Shown here piece after piece: positions 7,907 to 12,381 of a DNA stretch of 12,381 nt (positions within the stretch are counted from its first letter, which is position 1; each line of letters starts with the position of its first letter). The DNA comes from Nitrospirota bacterium (GTDB lineage: Bacteria > Nitrospirota > UBA9217), in the NCBI GenBank assembly GCA_029858565.1, contig JAOUEV010000083.1:1-12381 (forward strand). Reading direction: 5' to 3'. Below the pieces are notes generated by a model. It saw only the letters and a program-made list of their open reading frames with translations. It had not been told where the DNA came from and made no database searches. Both the position numbers and the translations under genes were made by a program.

Positions 7907-8329
7907 TTATACATTATCTAGAAACGACCGCATACGGATTTCAAGCCGTTTCATTTTTATCGAATCTTTTATCCAACACTCCCATACTACAAGCGCATTC
8001 CATCCCAGCTTTTTAAGATCACGCCTATTACGAAGATCGCGCGCTCTATTTGATTCTCTTTTCTGTTCCCAAAACGCAGCGTTTGTTTGCGGAATCACCC
8101 GACCGTATCTGCACCGGTGCCTATGCCAGAAACATCCATGAACAAATATAACTTTTCTAAATTGGGAAAATACAAGGTCAGGCTTTCCTGGCAGATTCTT
8201 GCGGTGCAGCCTATAACGATAACCTAGGGCTCGCACCATTTTTCTGACAACCATTTCGGGCTTTGTATCTTTGCTCTTTATACGCGACATACACTTTCGG
8301 CGTTGCTCCGGAGTCAGTACGTCGGTCAT
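7907..8329 (-). CDS. vsr: Very short patch repair (G:T mismatch) endonuclease
   Basis: MTDVLTPEQRRKCMSRIKSKDTKPE, LPGKPDLVF, IFVHGCFWHRH, N..FW..K...N..RD and LGW...VVWEC are all present. The gene is adjacent to a C5 methyltransferase system. Confidence 0.95.
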   Translation of the reverse strand: MTDVLTPEQRRKCMSRIKSKDTKPEMVVRKMVRALGYRYRLHRKNLPGKPDLVFSQFRKVIFVHGCFWHRHRCRYGRVIPQTNAAFWEQKRESNRARDLRNRRDLKKLGWNALVVWECWIKDSIKMKRLEIRMRSFLDNV

Positions 8330-9498
8330 GATTGCGGTATCACTCCATGTATGAAGCTGATAAACCCGTCAAGACTCAGTAATTTAATACCAGAGTCAGC
8401 CGGATATTGTTTTTGTATTAACTCAGGAACGATTAAAGACACCTTGCTCTTATGCATTTCTGTGAGCTGATTTTTCGATATACCTGCCTGTGTGGTAAGA
8501 ATGTGCTTGTGAGGGATGCGCTTCGCTTCATTCAGGACCTGTCGCCAGCGATCCTTACAGGTTGTTTTCACGCCAACGATAAATAATTTTGAGGTCGGAT
8601 AAGAGTTATCGTCATATTGAGCCTTGCCGGGAATAACTATATCCGGTTTGCCATCTATATCAGGCCGCATATCGAAAGGCACACCGTTTTTTCTCAAGAT
8701 GAATTCAACATGATTTTCCAGTGAACGACCCGCTCGGGCTTTTCGTCGATTCATCAGCTTCGCAGCGGTTTTAATGAAATCATCAACATCCTTGAACAGT
8801 CGCGTGATCTCATTCTGGCAAAGTAGACGTTCCACAATTCGGAACAAGGCATACTCCGACTCAAGATATCTTATTAATTGTACGTCTGATTTTTTACCTG
8901 TGATATCCGGAAGGCATTCAAGGATTGCCATCCTTGCCTGCTCTGAAAACTGCGAGGTCGACGGGAAAGCCGTCAGGACCCGGCTGAACTCAGCATAATG
9001 TCTGCTTATGCACTCTTCTTCAGACTCCGGCGATGGCGGAGCCGACGCATCATAAAGAGCCCATGTACCGATTACATCAACGCCAAGAGCCGCCTGCAGT
9101 TCTTCAATATCATCATCACGATCGAGATCATAGCCGTGAATAGTTGATTCGTCCTGCGGGACCAGCATTAGGAGATCGCCGATGCAGTCAGGTGTGAGAA
9201 AGGGAAAGTCTCTGCCAAATCGAGTAATTCGATATTCGCTTCTAGTCCCCTTTCCATACCATTTCACCATTGATTCAGTTTCGCGTCCATCCTGCCAGAG
9301 AATCTTAACCGGATGATTGTGATTCTGTCCTTTGTCGGCGGGATGTGGCGTGAACAGGTGAGCTGCTTTTTTAGGAAGGTAATAGCCGGTCTGGTGACTT
9401 CCCGTGGTACCGACATCGTTCGGAGAAATGAATTTAAGAAGGGCCTTCCCGTGCTGAATCGCATCTGCAATCGCAAGCTCGAGAATGGTTGAACTCAT
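8326..9498 (-). CDS. EcoRII-like type IIE restriction endonuclease (N-terminal B3-like effector domain + PD-(D/E)XK catalytic domain), probable CCWGG
   Basis: The N-domain KFISPNDVGTTGSHQTGYYLPK ... RSEYRITRFG resembles EcoRII-N. The C-domain has NRRKARAGRSLENH, KPDIVIPG, VKTTCKDRWRQVLNEA and HILTTQAGIS, as in EcoRII-C. ATGA overlaps at both ends. Confidence 0.92.
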   Translation of the reverse strand: MSSTILELAIADAIQHGKALLKFISPNDVGTTGSHQTGYYLPKKAAHLFTPHPADKGQNHNHPVKILWQDGRETESMVKWYGKGTRSEYRITRFGRDFPFLTPDCIGDLLMLVPQDESTIHGYDLDRDDDIEELQAALGVDVIGTWALYDASAPPSPESEEECISRHYAEFSRVLTAFPSTSQFSEQARMAILECLPDITGKKSDVQLIRYLESEYALFRIVERLLCQNEITRLFKDVDDFIKTAAKLMNRRKARAGRSLENHVEFILRKNGVPFDMRPDIDGKPDIVIPGKAQYDDNSYPTSKLFIVGVKTTCKDRWRQVLNEAKRIPHKHILTTQAGISKNQLTEMHKSKVSLIVPELIQKQYPADSGIKLLSLDGFISFIHGVIPQS

Positions 9499-10712
9499 CG
9501 GGCGGCCTCCGCGTAACTCTGTTTACTGTTCTTCTTTCTATTCTTGCCCTTTAATAATCCATTCATATTGACATGCCAGTACAGAACCTCGACGATTTGC
9601 CTGCCAACAGCTTCAACTACTGTCGGCACAACAGCGTTACCAAATTGTTTGTAGGCCTGAGTATCTGATACTGCGATCTTAAGTTCGTCAGGAAAGCCCA
9701 TGAGCCGCGCTGCCTCACGGGGCGTCAGCCTCCTCGGATTTTTCCCCTTTCCCTGCGGGATAAGGATTTCCGACCCGTCCTTGTAATAGCGCGCGCTCAA
9801 TGTCCTCGTGATTCCATCAAGGTCACAGAGACCGAAGCCGAACCCGTTCCCCTTTTCCTTGTGCTTCTGAGCATACTGCTGAAGATATGACCACAGATGA
9901 TTCGACAATGTATATTTCGGATCAGGATTTTCCTCGAGGATATCCCTCAGACGATATTTTACAGAAGGTTTTTCCGGAAATTTAAAATCAACTCTGTCCC
10001 CGAACACCTTTCTGTCAAAACATACGATAATAATACGCTCTCGGTGCTGTGGGACGTATGCACTCGCATCTATGACCTGCGGGAAAACATGATATCCGAG
10101 ATCCTTGAGTGTGCTGTCAATAACAGCCCAAGTCTTCTTGCCGTCATGAGAAAGCAGATTTTTCACATTTTCAAGAAACAATACCGGAGGACGCTTTGCT
10201 TCGATAATAGTGGCGAGATGAAAAAACAGTGTTCCTTGGGTCGCGTCCTTGAACCCATGCGCTTTTCCAAGACTATTCTTTTTGGATACCCCTGCAATCG
10301 AAAAGGGCTGACAGGGAAAACCGGCAGCCATAACATCATGATCCGGGATATCTGACGGATTCAATTCTCTGATATCACCATGAGGCAGATCACCGAACCA
10401 AGTCTGGTACGTTTTCTGTGCATAATGATCCCATTCACTGGTAAATACACAGCGACCACCGGCCCTCTGAAGACCCAGTCTGAAACCGCCTATACCAGCG
10501 AACAGATCAATAAACGTGAACGGTATACGCCCAGGCGAAGGTTGAGAAGCAGGAGCAAAGCGATCAAAAAGGGAGGGCTGACCATAAGTGCTTGCACTTT
10601 CAAGGACCTGATGAACGAATTCCTGTTGGGTCATCCTGAGTCTGTCCCTTTCATCCTCAATCCATTTATGGACAGTGTCAGGGACAGAGCGAATAAGAAT
10701 ATCTTTCGACAT
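9495..10712 (-). CDS. dcm: DNA (cytosine-5)-methyltransferase, Dcm/M.EcoRII-like (probable CCWGG), with an N-terminal RHH-like extension
   Basis: Motif I FIDLFAGIGG, IV GFPCQPFS, VI LENVKNL, VIII PQHRERI, IX RRLTPREAARLMGF and X QAYKQFGNAV. The TRD GNGFGFG...RTLSARYYKDGSEILI is Dcm/EcoRII-like. The start is placed at the ATG at 10712 (GGAG upstream); the track's TTG start at 10748 abuts the -10 box. Confidence 0.95.
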   Translation of the reverse strand: MSKDILIRSVPDTVHKWIEDERDRLRMTQQEFVHQVLESASTYGQPSLFDRFAPASQPSPGRIPFTFIDLFAGIGGFRLGLQRAGGRCVFTSEWDHYAQKTYQTWFGDLPHGDIRELNPSDIPDHDVMAAGFPCQPFSIAGVSKKNSLGKAHGFKDATQGTLFFHLATIIEAKRPPVLFLENVKNLLSHDGKKTWAVIDSTLKDLGYHVFPQVIDASAYVPQHRERIIIVCFDRKVFGDRVDFKFPEKPSVKYRLRDILEENPDPKYTLSNHLWSYLQQYAQKHKEKGNGFGFGLCDLDGITRTLSARYYKDGSEILIPQGKGKNPRRLTPREAARLMGFPDELKIAVSDTQAYKQFGNAVVPTVVEAVGRQIVEVLYWHVNMNGLLKGKNRKKNSKQSYAEAAR

Positions 10713-10739
10713 AGGCTTTTTATCTCCGGGGGGAATTTT

Positions 10740-10780
10740 TGATATCAATGCTATCAGATATACCCAGGGGTGTCAATGCT
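10740..10780 (-). promoter_or_regulatory. Operon promoter with a CCWGG site in the spacer and candidate operator boxes
   Basis: Minus strand reads TTGACA (10776-10771)-17 bp-TAGCAT (10753-10748) with a TGn extension. CCAGG lies at 10764-10768. Tandem 8-mers TGATATCA (10740-10747) and TGCTATCA (10749-10756). Direct repeat TCAATGCT at 10745 and 10773. Confidence 0.72.
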
Positions 10781-10830
10781 TATATAGCGGGATGATTCAG
10801 GATACATAGTGAAGTACGAGCAGTGTCACG

Positions 10831-10857
10831 AAAAAGGCCTTGGGGTGCCCCAAGGCC
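10831..10857 (-). terminator. Rho-independent terminator after the integrase
   Basis: Minus strand reads GGCCTTGGG-GCAC-CCCAAGGCC followed by TTTTT, about 30 bp after the integrase stop. Confidence 0.8.
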
Positions 10858-10885
10858 GTGCTTTAGCTAATCTATGTCTTTATCA

Positions 10886-12100
10886 TCACCCCGCCATTTT
10901 TTGGAACGGCAGGATCTTCGCGCCCGCCTTAATCTCATCAAGGTAATCGCTCCAGAGTTGCATCATCTTCCGCCGTTCGTCCAAGTGGGCCGTACGGTTG
11001 TAAGCGCGGCCGTTCGGATCGCGTACAGCGTGCGCAAGTTGGTGCTCGATGTACTCAGGGCGGACGTGGAGCACCTCGTCGAGTATCGTGCGGGCCATGG
11101 CCCGGAAGCCGTGGCCGGTCATCTCATCCGTGCCGTATCCCATGCGCCGCAGCGCGGCGAGGATCGCGTTGTTGCTCATCGGGCGCTGATTAGTGCGGGG
11201 GCTCGGGAACACGTACTTGCTGCGTCCGGTCAGCGGCTGGAGGGATTGCAGCACCTCGACAGCCTGGCGTGAGAGCGGCACGATGTGGGGCTGCCGCATC
11301 TTCATCTTTTCAGCGGGAATCGACCAGATGCCCGCCTCGAGGTCGAACTCGGCCCATTCAGCGTTCCGCAGTTCCCCGGGCCGGACGAAGAACATGCCCG
11401 CGAGTTGCAGGGCGCATTTCACAACGAACGATCCGACATAGCCGTCGATCGCGCGGAGCAGGGCGGCAACGTCCTTCGGGTCCGTGAGCGCCGCAAGATG
11501 GGTCTTCGCTGCCGGCGGCAGCGCACCCTTGAGGTCAGAGGAACAGTCGCGCTCCGCCCGGCCTGTCGCCACGGCGTAGCGGAAGACCTGTCCGCAGATG
11601 CTCTTTACGCGGTGGGCAGTTTCCAATGCTCCCCGCGACTCCACGCGCCGCAGGACGGTCAGCAACTCCGGCGCTTTGATCTCGGCAATCGGCCGCTCCC
11701 CGATCCAGGGGAAGGCGTCCCGCTCAAGCCGCTTGATCGTAGTTTCTGCATGGACCGGCGTCCAGCGGGGAGAGAACTTCTCGTGCCACTCCCGCGCGAT
11801 GACCTCGAAGCTGTTCTCCACCTGGCCCCGCGCCGCCTTCTGTGCCTTGCGGACCTCGCCGGGGTCTATGCCGTTCGCGACCTGCTTCCGCGCATCGTCG
11901 CGCCGCACCCGTGCGTCTCCGAGGGATATTTCGGGGTAGGTGCCGAGGGAGATGAGCTTCTCCTTGTCGTCGAAGCGGTACTTGAATCGCCACCACTTCC
12001 CGCCATTCGCAGCGACCTGCAGATAGAGGCCCTGGCCGTCGTTCAGCTTATAGGGCTTGGCTTTCGCTTTCGCGCTCTTGACCTTGATATCGGATAACAC
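10886..12100 (-). CDS. int: P4-family tyrosine integrase with N-terminal arm-DNA-binding domain, 404 aa
   Basis: Arm-binding domain DGQGLYLQV...GKWWRFKYRF...KEKLISLGTYPEISL. Catalytic R (VRPGELR), HxxR (GHGFR), H (QLAH) and Y (RAYNR). The start is placed at GTG 12100 (GGAGG 10 nt upstream, giving MLSDIKVK) rather than 12157. Confidence 0.95.
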   Translation of the reverse strand: MLSDIKVKSAKAKAKPYKLNDGQGLYLQVAANGGKWWRFKYRFDDKEKLISLGTYPEISLGDARVRRDDARKQVANGIDPGEVRKAQKAARGQVENSFEVIAREWHEKFSPRWTPVHAETTIKRLERDAFPWIGERPIAEIKAPELLTVLRRVESRGALETAHRVKSICGQVFRYAVATGRAERDCSSDLKGALPPAAKTHLAALTDPKDVAALLRAIDGYVGSFVVKCALQLAGMFFVRPGELRNAEWAEFDLEAGIWSIPAEKMKMRQPHIVPLSRQAVEVLQSLQPLTGRSKYVFPSPRTNQRPMSNNAILAALRRMGYGTDEMTGHGFRAMARTILDEVLHVRPEYIEHQLAHAVRDPNGRAYNRTAHLDERRKMMQLWSDYLDEIKAGAKILPFQKMAG

Positions 12101-12117
12101 AGGGGAAACGCCTCCAA

Positions 12118-12180
12118 TTGGGGTAACTGCCGTTTTCACTGTTGCTGTTACCCCCAAAGTTACCCCAAAGTTACCCCAAA
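12118..12180. repeat. Three tandem GTTACCCC(C)AAA repeats plus one inverted copy: probable integrase arm-type binding sites
   Basis: GTTACCCCCAAA at 12147-12158, GTTACCCCAAA at 12159-12169 and 12170-12180, and inverted TTGGGGTAAC at 12118-12127. They lie between the att site and the int start, where P4-type arm sites are found. Confidence 0.75.
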
Positions 12181-12215
12181 TGTCAAGAAATCAGTGAAGA
12201 CCCCCTCGGACACAG

Positions 12216-12250
12216 AAATAAGAAAAGCCCCTATTTTCAAGGGGCTTTTG
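12216..12250 (-). terminator. Rho-independent terminator downstream of tmRNA (island-supplied)
   Basis: AAAAGCCCC-9 nt loop-GGGGCTTTT (12223-12249), followed on the minus strand by CTTATTT; about 30 bp beyond the tmRNA CCA. Confidence 0.75.
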
Positions 12251-12280
12251 CACTTCATTGGACTACCTTGGATTGTTAAA

Positions 12281-12381
12281 TGGTGGAGGCGGCGGGAATT
12301 GAACCCGCGTCCGAAAACCATCAGCTGAAAGCTCATACATGCTTATCCCCTCGTTTACAGCTCTCGCATCCTCCGGCGCCT
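12281..12381 (-). ncRNA. ssrA: tmRNA 3' portion (continues beyond the right edge); island integration site
   Basis: Minus strand reads ...GATAAGCATGTATGAGC...TTTTCGGACGCGGGTTCAATTCCCGCCGCCTCCACCA. This gives a T-arm, an Ala-type acceptor strand CUCCA-CCA and the TAAGCATGTA element of tmRNA. No anticodon arm or D-arm is visible at tRNA distance. Confidence 0.9.

Larger units (their letters stand above)
1..12280. mobile_element. tmRNA-integrated genomic (defence) island; distal boundary not visible in the window
   Basis: tmRNA 3' end, then terminator, arm repeats and a co-oriented P4 integrase, followed by AT-richer R-M/defence cargo, TA modules and phage/transposase remnants. No duplicated tmRNA 3' fragment was seen, so the left limit is unknown. 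Confidence 0.75.

Noticed and set aside
2298-10712. Avoidance of CCWGG sites in the island
   Set aside because: CCAGG/CCTGG occurs many times in the cargo (e.g. 2881, 4942, 6931, 7364), so there is no visible depletion.
2271-10742. Numerous short + strand or alternative-frame ORFs inside the six-gene operon
   Set aside because: Shadow ORFs of well-supported minus-strand genes.
10874-12097. Long + strand ORFs (10874-11272, 11285-12097 and others) opposite the integrase
   Set aside because: Antisense shadows of a GC-rich gene, with no recognisable motifs.
12147-12180. Tandem repeats as a CRISPR array or iterons
   Set aside because: The units are only 11-12 bp with no spacers and there is no cas or rep gene; the position fits integrase arm sites.
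12281-12356. tRNA gene
   Set aside because: Only the T-arm and 3' acceptor strand are tRNA-like. I found no matching 5' acceptor strand or anticodon arm at tRNA distance, and a tmRNA-type TAAGCATGTA element is present.

Overview
The window is the integrase-proximal end of a genomic island inserted at the 3' end of tmRNA (ssrA; minus strand, CCA end at 12281). From right to left it contains: a P4-family tyrosine integrase with arm-type repeats; a tightly coupled six-gene minus-strand operon; and a left-hand zone of toxin-antitoxin genes and decayed fragments. The operon encodes a Dcm/M.EcoRII-like C5 methyltransferase with an extra N-terminal ribbon-helix-helix-like domain, an EcoRII-like type IIE endonuclease, Vsr, a MORC/MutL-like GHKL ATPase, a DUF4420-like PD-(D/E)XK protein and a 1004-aa SF2-helicase/Z1 protein. 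The left zone holds an HTH-truncated CI/LexA-type S24 protein, a DUF4258 + YgiT zinc-finger pair, an orphan antitoxin-like ORF, a RAYT transposase remnant and the 5' end of a HigB/RelE toxin. The best candidate for an undescribed system is the composite EcoRII-type R-M + MORC-DUF4420-Z1 operon, which resembles Mza but is reordered and has no AIPR. Its promoter contains both a CCWGG site and RHH-type boxes. All family calls come from motif recognition by eye, not from database searches.
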